Source of the DNA: Candidatus Omnitrophota bacterium
Lineage (GTDB): Bacteria; Omnitrophota; Gorgyraeia; Gygaellales; Profunditerraquicolaceae
Direction: 5' to 3'
Length of the DNA: 61,826 nt
NCBI GenBank assembly: GCA_028712375.1
Contig: JAQTQG010000006.1
Coordinates: forward strand, 1-61,826
Each line of letters starts with the position of its first letter. Position 1 is the first letter of the stretch. Below are positions 46,773 to 56,296 of the stretch, piece after piece. Both the position numbers and the translations under genes were made by a program. Below the pieces are notes generated by a model, which was not told where the DNA came from, did not search any database, and worked only from the letters and a program-made list of their open reading frames with translations.

Positions 46773-48148
46773 TTTGATTTTCCCTTTCCTGCCGGACCAT
46801 TTTGTGAATGGCTGTGCATATCTTTATCCGCCGCAGAAGAAGCTTGCCGTAACTTTTCTAAACGCTCTTTAATTTTAGCCTCATGCCCTAAGTCCGTTGG
46901 CTCATAATAGCACATTTTCTTTCTCATATATTGTTGTTTTACATAATGGCCTGGATAATCATGGCTATATTTATATTCTAAACCATGCCCAAGTTCTCGG
47001 GCACCGTCGTAAGAAGCATCTTTTAGGTGATCCGGGACTTCTTGAACTTTATTTTCTTGAATATCCCGGGTGGCTTTTTCCACCGCCAGGTAACTGGCAT
47101 TGGATTTAGGAGCGCAGGCGACATAAGTCACCGCTTGCGCCAAAGGTATCCTGGCTTCCGGCATCCCCACAAATTCACAGACCTGTAAAGCGGCATTAGC
47201 CAAAACTAATGCTAAAGGATCCGCATTGCCCACATCTTCAGAAGCTAAAATACAAATTCTGCGGGCGATAAACCGCGGATCTTCTCCGGCATAAAGCATT
47301 TTAGCCATCCAATAAATCGCCGCATCCGGATCAGAACCACGCATAGATTTAATAAACGCGGAGGCCGTGTCGTAATGGCCATCGCCATCACGGTCATAAA
47401 CCACTGCTTTTTTCTGAATAGACTCCTGGGCAATCTCTAAATCGAAATGAATATATCCATCCTTATCCGCCGGAGTAGTAAGCACCCCTAACTCCAGGGC
47501 AGACAAAACCCTGCGCGCATCACCTTCGCAACTTTTGGCCAAGAAATTAAGTGCTTTTTTATCAAGCTTGACTTTAAAATTACCCAACCCTTTTTCCCGG
47601 TTTTTTAGCGCCAGATCGATTATATTTAATAAATCGGCGGATTGCAGCTCTTTTAATTCACAGACAATTGAACGCGACAACAAAGCAGAAGTAAGTGAAA
47701 AATATGGATTGTGGACCGTAGCGCCAATTAATACTAGACGGCCCTCTTCCACATCCGGCAGGAGGACATCCTGCTGCGCTTTATTGAAACGATGGATTTC
47801 GTCGATAAAAAGGATGGTTTTCTTTTTTCCTTCCTTGGCCCTTAATTTGGAGGCGGCAATAATTTTTCTTAGCTCTTCAACATTAGAGGTCGTAGCGTTA
47901 ATTGCTACATAGTTGGCCTGGGTAATATTTGCGATACACCAGGCCAAAGAAGTTTTTCCCACTCCCGGCGGGCCAAATAAAATAAGCGAAGTAAGCCGAT
48001 CGGCTTCAATAGCCCGGCGCAATAGTTTGTTTTTACCTAAAATGTGATCCTGTCCAAATAGCTGATCAAGAGAAGTTGGCCGCAGGCGCACGGCTAAAGG
48101 AAGATTTTTGTTTTGGCTATTTAAATTTTCTTCGGTAAATAGGTCCAT
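46769..48148 (-). CDS. rarA: replication-associated recombination protein A (AAA+ ATPase)
   Basis: PLA.RLRP, GPPGVGKTSLA and FIDEIHRFNK motifs, plus the MgsA C-terminal domain. The track start is TTG at 48163; ATG 48148 (MDLFTEE) is preferred. Confidence 0.88.
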   Translation of the reverse strand: MDLFTEENLNSQNKNLPLAVRLRPTSLDQLFGQDHILGKNKLLRRAIEADRLTSLILFGPPGVGKTSLAWCIANITQANYVAINATTSNVEELRKIIAASKLRAKEGKKKTILFIDEIHRFNKAQQDVLLPDVEEGRLVLIGATVHNPYFSLTSALLSRSIVCELKELQSADLLNIIDLALKNREKGLGNFKVKLDKKALNFLAKSCEGDARRVLSALELGVLTTPADKDGYIHFDLEIAQESIQKKAVVYDRDGDGHYDTASAFIKSMRGSDPDAAIYWMAKMLYAGEDPRFIARRICILASEDVGNADPLALVLANAALQVCEFVGMPEARIPLAQAVTYVACAPKSNASYLAVEKATRDIQENKVQEVPDHLKDASYDGARELGHGLEYKYSHDYPGHYVKQQYMRKKMCYYEPTDLGHEAKIKERLEKLRQASSAADKDMHSHSQNGPAGKGKSK

Positions 48149-48584
48149 AAATTTTTGGTTCAACTAAAGATTTAATGCTATGGGTTACCCGCCACAAAGA
48201 TTGGCGGATTTTGACCTGGCCATGCCTTAAACATCCTGCCAGGTCAAAAAAAATCCCCGCAAAAGTGCCGTTGGACTGATATTCTGAACCGGTTTGGCTT
48301 CAGATGGGAACCCTATCTTTAAGCACACGTGCCTAAAAGAATAATGGGGCTCCCGTGAAAATAGTGTTGGTTCAACAATTATCAAAATTCCAACGCGCAC
48401 CGCAGGGATATCTAAAAGAGCTGTTTTTCATTCTTGCGTAAAAAGTATAACATATACGAAACAAAAATCAATCCCCCAACACCCCAGCCTAAAGCCCGGG
48501 GTTTGCTCAGGATTGATGCTGAGGCGGCATGTTCTTTTTCCACTCCCTAAATGGAGGGGGCAAATGCCACCGAGTGTATTAAGG

Positions 48585-50624
48585 CTACCTCAATTTGGCT
48601 TCAAATTGCCTGCCGAGTAATTCACAAAGCAAATCATGAACAGGCTGAACTTCTTTTTCAGTCAAAGTACGCTCACCCGAAGCATAAAAACATGATAAAG
48701 TAAACCCCCGGTAGCCCGCTGGAATTTGTTTACCTTGGTAATAATCCGCGATCTTCACGTCACTTAAAAGGGGCTGCCCTTTTTCCTTTAATTGCACAAG
48801 TATTTCCTGAACGGAAAAATTCTCCTTCAGAATAAAACTTATGTCTCTGGTAACACCGGGATATTTAGGAAGAGGGGTAAATTTTTTATTCAACCGGGCA
48901 AAAGAAAAAAGTTTCTCTAAAGAAATCTCGCACAGAAAAACACTCCTGTTTTTTATTGCTAATGAATTTAGCGATTGATGATTAAGCTCAAACATTGCGC
49001 CTATTTTTTCTTTTTCAACACAGATCTGCACTAAAGAATCATTCTGGCTGATAAATTCGTAACCGCTCACCCCTAACCGCCCAAAGACCTTTTCTAAAAT
49101 TCCTTTAAGGTTTAAAAGGCCGGCCTCATCCTTAACTTTACCCTGCGCGGTAAAAAAACTTTTTGTTCCACTCAAAGCAATGCCCAAAGCAAGGTTTTCT
49201 TCGGGCTCTTTTTCCGCTTTAAAAATACCGGCAATCTCAAATATGGCAACATGCTCTTGTTTCTGATTAAGGTTAAAACCAACGGCGCGGCCAAGGCCAA
49301 GCATCAGTGTCGGCCTTAAAATTTCCTGTTCTTGGCTTAACGGGTTCATCACCTCTACAGGCTTAACACCGGAAGCAAAACCTGCATCCACTAATCCGCG
49401 CCGGTCAATAAGGCTATAAGTAATCGCTTCGTTGAGTCCTAACCCCAACAGCGCGTTTTTCACTTCCCTAACCAGCTCTCGTGTCCCTTCCACGGCTATA
49501 TCAGGCTTGACCGAAGGAATGGTATTGGGAATACGCTCATAACCAAAAATCCGGGACACTTCTTCCACTAAATCAATCTGCTGCTTTACGTCCTGCCTAA
49601 AACAGGGCACCTGCACTCTCAGGATATTCTTTGATTTTTGTTTAATTGAAAATCCCAGCCCGGCAAGAATCTGTTTAATTTTGGCGGCGGTTAAGCTTAC
49701 TCCTAATATTTTACAAACATAAACAATATCTAAATCAACCTGTGTTACCTGAAGGCTGCTTAAACCGCTTATTGCAAAACCGGATTCCTCTGCCCCACAG
49801 AATTCTTGCAATAATTGCGCTGCCCGTAAAGATGCCCGGGCAACCATCTCTAAATCCACGCCCCTTTCAAACCGATAACTTGCTTCACTTGTCTTGCCGA
49901 TAGATTGGCGGGATCTCCGGATGATAACCGGATTAAATACTGCTGCTTCTAATAAAATATTTTTTGTGGTAAAGCCTACCTCTGAATCCTTCCCCCCCAT
50001 TACTCCGGCGACGGCGATAACCTTTCCCGAATCAGCAATCGCCAAAACGTCTTTAGAAAGATTGCTTTCCAAGCCATCTATGGTTAATATTTTTTCTCCC
50101 GCCTTAGCCCGGCGGACGATAATTTTTTCCTGATTAATTTTGTCTAAATCAAAAGCATGTAAAGGCTCTCCCAGTTCGAATAAAACATAATTGGTTATAT
50201 CTACTACATTATTTACGCTTCGGCATCCGACTAATTCTAGTCTTTTTTTAATCCATTCTGGGGATGGGCCGACTTTTACGCCTCTGATTATGCGGGCGGT
50301 ATAAAGAGGACAATCTTTCTTATCCTCAATTTCAATCCTAAGCTTACCATTATGTTGTTTTACTTTAGGATGCTTCTTTCCGGCTTCCGGTAAACATAAA
50401 TTTTTTAGTTTTGCGCCTGTAATTGCCGCTACTTCCCGGGCAACCCCAAGAATACTTAACCAGTCCGGGCGGTTAGAAGTAATCTCAATCTCAAAAATAA
50501 AATCGTCGTCTTTGGCTTCCAAGGCCACCACTTCTAGCCCGGCCATTGTTAATTTATCCGCTAACTCCTTGGGAGGAATCTTAATATCAACGAAATCTTT
50601 TAACCAATTATAAGTAACTCTCAT
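48585..50624 (-). CDS. pheT: phenylalanyl-tRNA synthetase beta subunit, short form lacking the EMAP/OB tRNA-binding domain
   Basis: MRVTYNWLKDFV N-terminus runs directly into ITSNRPDWLSILGVAREV. B3/4, B5 and FDX-ACB-like regions are present; 679 aa. Confidence 0.9.
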   Translation of the reverse strand: MRVTYNWLKDFVDIKIPPKELADKLTMAGLEVVALEAKDDDFIFEIEITSNRPDWLSILGVAREVAAITGAKLKNLCLPEAGKKHPKVKQHNGKLRIEIEDKKDCPLYTARIIRGVKVGPSPEWIKKRLELVGCRSVNNVVDITNYVLFELGEPLHAFDLDKINQEKIIVRRAKAGEKILTIDGLESNLSKDVLAIADSGKVIAVAGVMGGKDSEVGFTTKNILLEAAVFNPVIIRRSRQSIGKTSEASYRFERGVDLEMVARASLRAAQLLQEFCGAEESGFAISGLSSLQVTQVDLDIVYVCKILGVSLTAAKIKQILAGLGFSIKQKSKNILRVQVPCFRQDVKQQIDLVEEVSRIFGYERIPNTIPSVKPDIAVEGTRELVREVKNALLGLGLNEAITYSLIDRRGLVDAGFASGVKPVEVMNPLSQEQEILRPTLMLGLGRAVGFNLNQKQEHVAIFEIAGIFKAEKEPEENLALGIALSGTKSFFTAQGKVKDEAGLLNLKGILEKVFGRLGVSGYEFISQNDSLVQICVEKEKIGAMFELNHQSLNSLAIKNRSVFLCEISLEKLFSFARLNKKFTPLPKYPGVTRDISFILKENFSVQEILVQLKEKGQPLLSDVKIADYYQGKQIPAGYRGFTLSCFYASGERTLTEKEVQPVHDLLCELLGRQFEAKLR

Positions 50625-50625
50625 T

Positions 50626-51639
50626 TTAGAATTGCCTCAAAAATCTTAAATCATTCTCAAAAAATAAACGTATATCGTTAATCCCGTATTTAAGCATTGC
50701 GATCCTTTCTACGCCCATCCCAAAGGCAAACCCGGTATATTTCTTAGCATCAATACCAACGTGCTTAAAAACATTGGGATGGATCATCCCTGAGCCTAAT
50801 ATCTCAAGCCATCCCTTTCTGCCGCATACAGAGCACCCTTTGCCTTTACAGATTATACAAGAAATATCCACTTCTGCGGAAGGTTCGGTAAACGGAAAGA
50901 AATGCGGCCGAAAGCGCATTTTTATATCATTGCCGAATACGGCCTTGGCGAAAGTTTCCAATAATCCCTTAAGGTCGGAAAGTTTTATATTTTCATCGAC
51001 CATAAAACCTTCAATCTGATGAAACATAAACGAATGCGATGCATCTACCGCATCCGGCCGGTACACCCGGCCCGGAACAACTATCGCCAGGGGAGGCTTT
51101 TTATCTTTCATCAGGCGCACCTGCGCTGGAGAAGTATGGCTGCGCAGGAGCATTTTACTGTAATCTTTTAAATAAAAAGTGTCAAATGCTTCCCGGGAAG
51201 GATGCTCCAGCGGAATATTCAATCCGGTAAAATTATTGTACTCTGTTTCTATCTCCGGTCCGCCAAGAATAGAAAACCCCATTTTTCTAAATATTGCGCA
51301 GACCTCTTCAGTAACCCGGGTGATCGGATGAAGCACCCCTAACTCCTGAGCTATCCCCGGCATCCCGATATCTAAATTAGATTTTTTTACAACAGTATTA
51401 CCTGCCGTTAATTCTTTTTCTTTTTTAATAAACAAATCCAGCGTTTGGTTCTTTAAAGCATTTACCTGTTTACCAAAAGCCCCTCTTTGCTCAACCGGCA
51501 ATCCGGCAATCGCGCCAGTTAACTCCGCAAGCAGGCCTTTACGGCCTAAATATTTAGCCCGTACTTCTTCCAGTTCCGATAAAGAATCAATCTTGGCTAA
51601 ATCACCTTCTATTTGCGTTTGAATAAGATTAATATCCAT
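50626..51639 (-). CDS. pheS: phenylalanyl-tRNA synthetase alpha subunit
   Basis: Class II motifs (LRSHTSP, FRPHFFPFTEPS, GFAFGMGVERI). Confidence 0.93.
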   Translation of the reverse strand: MDINLIQTQIEGDLAKIDSLSELEEVRAKYLGRKGLLAELTGAIAGLPVEQRGAFGKQVNALKNQTLDLFIKKEKELTAGNTVVKKSNLDIGMPGIAQELGVLHPITRVTEEVCAIFRKMGFSILGGPEIETEYNNFTGLNIPLEHPSREAFDTFYLKDYSKMLLRSHTSPAQVRLMKDKKPPLAIVVPGRVYRPDAVDASHSFMFHQIEGFMVDENIKLSDLKGLLETFAKAVFGNDIKMRFRPHFFPFTEPSAEVDISCIICKGKGCSVCGRKGWLEILGSGMIHPNVFKHVGIDAKKYTGFAFGMGVERIAMLKYGINDIRLFFENDLRFLRQF

Positions 51640-52097
51640 ATTAAAAATAATGCCCCCGATAAAATAAGCCCTAAACGGACTTTATCAAAATTTAGCTTCT
51701 CCTGAATTACCCCCCCATCGCTCACCTTGCGTAAGCTCTGGGCGTGAATATCTAAATCTCCTCCATGATTAGCGCAAGCGCGATTGAATATGCCGGTAAT
51801 TTCCAGGTTATCCCCGCGCTCTTTATAATTTCCAGCAAATTTTATCTCTTTTGCCAAAACAGATTTTACCCAAACCCCGAGAGCATTCTCCCCGTCGTTG
51901 ATGGTTACCCAGGAAAATTCCCCTCGCGACATCACTTCCCCCACCACCTCTCCGGAATAAGTAATTAGTTTGCCATCATATTGCTTGGCATTACTAATTA
52001 GTTCCCGGCTGCTTAAGCTTTGTGCAAAAACAATAGCCTGAAAATTTATTAAGCTCAAGAATAAAATTATCGCAATTAGTCCAAAAAATTTTTTCAT
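51609..52097 (-). CDS. hypothetical exported protein with C-terminal TM anchor (OB-fold-like core)
   Basis: Signal peptide MKKFFGLIAIILFLSLINFQAIVFA and C-terminal LGLILSGALFLIWILILF. It overlaps the pheS start by 31 nt. Confidence 0.45.
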   Translation of the reverse strand: MKKFFGLIAIILFLSLINFQAIVFAQSLSSRELISNAKQYDGKLITYSGEVVGEVMSRGEFSWVTINDGENALGVWVKSVLAKEIKFAGNYKERGDNLEITGIFNRACANHGGDLDIHAQSLRKVSDGGVIQEKLNFDKVRLGLILSGALFLIWILILFKRK

Positions 52098-53596
52098 TTT
52101 CCTTTAAGGCTGGCAAATATAAACCCCAAAATCGTAAACACAGACATAAATTCCAAACGTCCTGCCCACATCTGCAGCATATAAGTAATTTTTAACATTG
52201 CCGGCATAGCAGTATTGGTAATCCCACAGGATAAACCCACGTTAGCCGCTGCGGAAGTAGATTCAAAAAGCGACTCTAAAAAAGGATACCCATAAAACAT
52301 ACCAACTAATGCGCCTAAACCATATAAAATTAAATAAGCTAGCGTGATCATTAAAGCGCTTCTGGCCAGCTTATCCTCTAAAAACACCTCCCGGATATGG
52401 TGAAATTTTTCAACGACAATCGCTCTCTCCGGCATAATAATCCGCTTGAGGTCTTCTTTAAAAGACTTTAGGATAATCCCGATACGCAACATTTTAATTG
52501 CCCCGGTAGTTGAACAAACTGCCCCTCCTAAAGCCATCGCTGAAATGATCCCCGCTAAAGCCAAAGGGTTCCAATCCACGCCAAACTGCTGGGCATATAT
52601 CGTCTGAAAACCTGTTCCGGTGTGCCCGGAAATAAGCTGATAGAACCCTTTACGCAAAAGCGTTACCGCCGCCGGATACGCCCCTGTCTGCGCTAACCCT
52701 ACCGCAACCACAGAAAAAGTAACAATAACCGTGACAAAAAGGGTGCGTGTTTCAATATTTTTAATTAGCTCCTTGCGATTACCCATCCATAGGTGATAAT
52801 GCAGTTTAAAATTAAGCGCCCCCAGCACCATAAGAATGATAGTAATCGCTTCATAGGCAAAGCTGTGATAATAAAGTATGCTTTGTGACTGCGGGCTAAA
52901 TCCTCCGGTATCGAAGGCTGCCATAAATATGCAGGCTCCATGAAAAAAGGAATTGACCGGTTTCATGCCACTCAATACCCCGGTTATTCCCAAAGCAAGC
53001 GTCCCCAAGATCAGATAAACAATACTAACTAGCCAGATAAACCGGGAAGTATTAATAACGTTGGGCATGATTTTTTCATCCCGCGCCTCACCTACATACA
53101 TCTTGAATGCCCCGGAAAACCCGCGCACAAAAAATGAAAGGGCAATTACTACGATTCCCTGGCCCCCTAAAAACATAGTCAGGTGCCGCCACAAATTATG
53201 CGCATAAGAAAGATGGTCCAGGTCCTGAACCAAACCCAGCCCGGTAGTAGCAAATCCGGACATCGCATCAAAACATGCATCTAAGAAAGATTTCCAGTGG
53301 CCGCTTAAATACAGCGGGATTGCCCCCAGAACCATAGCCACCAGCCAAGACAAACTGACTACAATCATGCCTTGCATCCAGTTCAGATCTTTATCTGTAC
53401 GGCAGATTTTAATTAAAAACAGACCTAACAAAACAGATATTTCAATGCTCACAAAAAAATCTAAAGCGGGGTTTAACTCTCTAAAACACAAAGCAACCAG
53501 GGCAGGGATAACCATTGTCAAGGCTAACCCTAAAATTATTTTACCGAGGTAAAAACCAATAATCTTTAGATCTTCGCGGCGGGGCTTAAGAATCAT
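52094..53596 (-). CDS. trkH: Trk/Ktr-type potassium uptake membrane subunit
   Basis: 500-aa polytopic protein with repeated TGF/GGFS-type pore-loop motifs (GFATTGLG, FDTGGFSP, GHTGTGF, ANVGLS). Confidence 0.85.
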   Translation of the reverse strand: MILKPRREDLKIIGFYLGKIILGLALTMVIPALVALCFRELNPALDFFVSIEISVLLGLFLIKICRTDKDLNWMQGMIVVSLSWLVAMVLGAIPLYLSGHWKSFLDACFDAMSGFATTGLGLVQDLDHLSYAHNLWRHLTMFLGGQGIVVIALSFFVRGFSGAFKMYVGEARDEKIMPNVINTSRFIWLVSIVYLILGTLALGITGVLSGMKPVNSFFHGACIFMAAFDTGGFSPQSQSILYYHSFAYEAITIILMVLGALNFKLHYHLWMGNRKELIKNIETRTLFVTVIVTFSVVAVGLAQTGAYPAAVTLLRKGFYQLISGHTGTGFQTIYAQQFGVDWNPLALAGIISAMALGGAVCSTTGAIKMLRIGIILKSFKEDLKRIIMPERAIVVEKFHHIREVFLEDKLARSALMITLAYLILYGLGALVGMFYGYPFLESLFESTSAAANVGLSCGITNTAMPAMLKITYMLQMWAGRLEFMSVFTILGFIFASLKGK

Positions 53597-53709
53597 AGCT
53601 TAAAATATATGGCTAAGCAGATTAAAAATGCCGCCAACATGATAAAAAACACATAAGAAATTTCTGTGGCTATGCCGAATATAATGTTTAAGGTAGGTTT
53701 AAATTTCAT
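53593..53709 (-). CDS. 38-aa single-TM micro-ORF between trkA and trkH (MKFKPTLNIIFGIATEISYVFFIMLAAFLICLAIYFKL)
   Basis: Hand-found. Its stop overlaps the trkH ATG as ATGA, and its ATG lies 5 nt after the trkA stop. There is no clear SD. Confidence 0.35.
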   Translation of the reverse strand: MKFKPTLNIIFGIATEISYVFFIMLAAFLICLAIYFKL

Positions 53710-53714
53710 GGTCT

Positions 53715-54377
53715 TTAAAGCTTTCCGGCTAAAAGACTGAGCAGCTGAGGTTCATTACCAATTAAAGTAAGCGCAATAACATCGTCTCCGGTTTTAAACA
53801 CCGTATCGCCTTTAGGAAGGATCACTTCTTCTCCCCGAAGGATAGAAACCAATACCGCATCTTTAGGTAAAGCGATATCTTTAACCTGCTTGTTAACTAC
53901 CGGGGCGTCATTTGGCAAATCTACGCGTACAATCGCCAGCTTCCCGCGCTTAAAACTCATTAAATTTACAAAATCCGAAAAAGAAACCTCTTCTTCGATA
54001 ATCTTGGCAATAATTTTAGTGGAATCAACGGGAACATCTATGCCCAATTCATTAAAGGTATGTTCATTATCAGGATTATTTACCCGGCCCACAGTACGCT
54101 GTAAATTAAACCTTTCTTTAGCCAGCTGGCAAATAATCAGGTTATCTTCATCGTCACCGGTAACCGCGGCTAAAACATCCGCCCGCGCAATGCCTGCTTC
54201 TTCCAATATTTTAGGATCACAAGCATCGCCATTAATTACCAAAACGTCTAACTCTTTGGCCAACTCCTCACAAATTTGGCGGTCTTTATCTACAACACTT
54301 ATCGTATGTTTGCCCTGGCAAAGCCTTCTAGCTAAAAAATAACCCACCTTGCCTGCGCCGACAATTAAAATATACAT
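53715..54377 (-). CDS. trkA: Trk/Ktr system NAD-binding (RCK) subunit
   Basis: ILIVGAGKVGYFLA Rossmann motif plus a TrkA_C domain. Confidence 0.85.
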   Translation of the reverse strand: MYILIVGAGKVGYFLARRLCQGKHTISVVDKDRQICEELAKELDVLVINGDACDPKILEEAGIARADVLAAVTGDDEDNLIICQLAKERFNLQRTVGRVNNPDNEHTFNELGIDVPVDSTKIIAKIIEEEVSFSDFVNLMSFKRGKLAIVRVDLPNDAPVVNKQVKDIALPKDAVLVSILRGEEVILPKGDTVFKTGDDVIALTLIGNEPQLLSLLAGKL

Positions 54378-54379
54378 TC

Positions 54380-55033
54380 CTATTTTTCCCCCAAATGGAA
54401 CTTTTCCCTAACCCCCTGCAGGCTGGAAACTTTTACTACCCCCATTAAAATATCTTTATTTTTTAAAACGGTTTTGGGTTCGGGGATAACTACTCCCTGC
54501 ATCCGGCGCAAGGCCGCAACTATAAAATCTCCCGGAATATTTATATCCTGGATGGTTTTGCCGACCAAATCATTCTTAACTTCAATTTCAATAACCCCTA
54601 AATCCTTGGATTCAATTAAATAACTGGAAAACCTGCTTTCAATAATTTTATCCCTGAGCATAGCGGAAAAAAGCATTGTACCGCTGATAATGTCCAAACC
54701 CAGCGCCGCGTAAATATGTGCGCGTTGCGGATCATAGACCCGGGCAAGCACTTTAGGCACGCTAAAAATTTTTTTCGCTACCTGGGCACTGATTAAATTA
54801 GTATTATCCCCATCGGTTACCGCACAAAAAGCATCCGCTTTTTCAATGCCTACTTGTTTCAAGAGGGCCAGGTCAAATCCATTACCAACCATTGTCAGGC
54901 CGTTAAAGGTGTTTCCGAGGCGATTAAGCGCATTCTGCGCCTTATCGATAACTACGACATCGTGGCCTTCTCCAGACAACAATTTGGCCAATTCGGAGCC
55001 TACTCTACCACAACCAACAATAATTATATACAT
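54380..55033 (-). CDS. trkA: Trk/Ktr system NAD-binding (RCK) subunit, second paralogue
   Basis: IIIVGCGRVGSELA Rossmann motif plus a TrkA_C domain. Confidence 0.85.
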   Translation of the reverse strand: MYIIIVGCGRVGSELAKLLSGEGHDVVVIDKAQNALNRLGNTFNGLTMVGNGFDLALLKQVGIEKADAFCAVTDGDNTNLISAQVAKKIFSVPKVLARVYDPQRAHIYAALGLDIISGTMLFSAMLRDKIIESRFSSYLIESKDLGVIEIEVKNDLVGKTIQDINIPGDFIVAALRRMQGVVIPEPKTVLKNKDILMGVVKVSSLQGVREKFHLGEK

Positions 55034-55082
55034 AGCGACTCTTTATCCTTTTACCTGCCAGTTAAATGCCTGGAAAAAGATT

Positions 55083-55430
55083 TTATTTTTTAACTATATC
55101 CACCAGCTTTTTAAAAGCCGGGTTATCTCTTACCGCTAAATCCGCTAAGATCTTACGGTCCAGAGTAATTTTGGATTTCTTAAGCCCATCCATAAATACA
55201 CTATAAGATATCCCCGTCTCCCGGCAAGCTGCGTTAATCCTGGCAATCCAGAGACTGCGGAATTCGCGCTTCTTGTTGCGGCGATCCCGGTACGCATACC
55301 TAAGAGCGTGAACTAATACCCTCTTGGCCTGCTGGTATTGTTTGCTCCGATCTCCCCAGAATCCTTTAGCCTGCTTAAGGACTTTTTTCTTTTTTTTACG
55401 CGTTGCTACACTATGCTTAGCTTTTGCCAT
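55083..55430 (-). CDS. rplT: 50S ribosomal protein L20
   Basis: [35 protein letters not shown]. Confidence 0.95.
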   Translation of the reverse strand: MAKAKHSVATRKKKKKVLKQAKGFWGDRSKQYQQAKRVLVHALRYAYRDRRNKKREFRSLWIARINAACRETGISYSVFMDGLKKSKITLDRKILADLAVRDNPAFKKLVDIVKK

Positions 55431-55460
55431 TATTGTTCTCCTTTAAAATCATTGCCCATT

Positions 55461-55661
55461 CTAATTATAGGGCAACATTGATTTAATAAATCTGACTTCT
55501 TTTCTGCCTGCCAGCGTCCGGCGTTTTTTTAAGTCGCGCATTTTTTTGGTTTTTTTAGATGAAGCTAAATGGCTTTTTCCGCCGGCGGAATATTTAACCT
55601 TACCCTTCTTGGTAATTTTAAAGCGCTTAGCTACACCGCGTTTTGTTTTTAGTTTTGGCAT
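55461..55661 (-). CDS. rpmI: 50S ribosomal protein L35
   Basis: MPKLKTKRGVAKRFKITKKGKV. ATG 55661 is preceded by an AAGGAG SD; the track start at 55703 is TTG. Confidence 0.9.
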   Translation of the reverse strand: MPKLKTKRGVAKRFKITKKGKVKYSAGGKSHLASSKKTKKMRDLKKRRTLAGRKEVRFIKSMLPYN

Positions 55662-55670
55662 TTTTTCTCC

Positions 55671-55717
55671 TTGTCCACGTGGACAACACCCGCGCAATTC
55701 CAATTAGCGCGGGGTGT
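55671..55717 (-). promoter_or_regulatory. structured infC-rpmI intergenic leader (two hairpins abutting the rpmI SD)
   Basis: A 16-nt perfect palindrome TTGTCCACGTGGACAA sits immediately 5' of the SD. A GC-rich ~10-bp hairpin ACACCCGCGC/GCGCGGGGTGT accompanies it. Confidence 0.4.
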
Positions 55718-55775
55718 CAACCTATTAATGTTACACCGACGCAAATCTACAAGCCATCGGGTATTTTATTATATC

Positions 55776-56282
55776 TTACTTCGGGGCAATTACAAAGGAC
55801 ATAATTCTACCTTCCAGCGCCGGCGCTTTTTCTACCTGTCCATCGCCCTGGGTATCAAGAATAAATTTATCTAAAACTTTTCTCCCCAAATCTATATGCT
55901 CCATCTGCCTGCCCCGGAAGAAAAGATTAACTTTTACCTTGTCTTTTTTCTTTAGAAAGCTTACTACCTGTTTAACTTTAGTCTCAAAATCATGGTCGTC
56001 AATATTGGGCTTAAGCCGGATTTCTTTCAACCGTCCCTGTTTCTGATGTTTCTTTGACTCCCGCTCCTTTTTCTCCAGATCATACCTAAATTTACTATAC
56101 TCGATAATCCGGCAAACCGGAGGAGTAGCCGCAGCAGCTACTTCCACTAAATCCAATTCATGTTGATTAGCAATTTCTAAAGCCCTCTGCACGGACATTA
56201 CTCCCAACTGGCTTCCATCATGGCCAATAACCCTAACCTGTGGTGCGTTAATTCTGTCGTTAATACGCGTAAACTTTTTTAT
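55776..56282 (-). CDS. infC: translation initiation factor IF-3, probable non-AUG (ATA) start
   Basis: The track starts at an internal TTG. The frame stays open upstream and encodes IKKFTRINDRINAPQVRVIGHDGSQLGV, a conserved IF3 N-terminus. GGAGG lies 5 nt before the ATA at 56282. Confidence 0.8.
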   Translation of the reverse strand: MKKFTRINDRINAPQVRVIGHDGSQLGVMSVQRALEIANQHELDLVEVAAAATPPVCRIIEYSKFRYDLEKKERESKKHQKQGRLKEIRLKPNIDDHDFETKVKQVVSFLKKKDKVKVNLFFRGRQMEHIDLGRKVLDKFILDTQGDGQVEKAPALEGRIMSFVIAPK

Positions 56283-56296
56283 AGCTTCCTCCTTTT

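Noticed and set aside
48164-48584. tmRNA, RNase P RNA, SRP RNA or a T-box in the pheT-rarA gap.
   Set aside because: None of the expected signatures was seen on either strand: no tRNA-like 3' end or tag ORF, no GGAAAGTCC-type P4 motif, no GGAAGCAGCC SRP motif, and no T-box sequence. The gap is kept only as an unexplained region.
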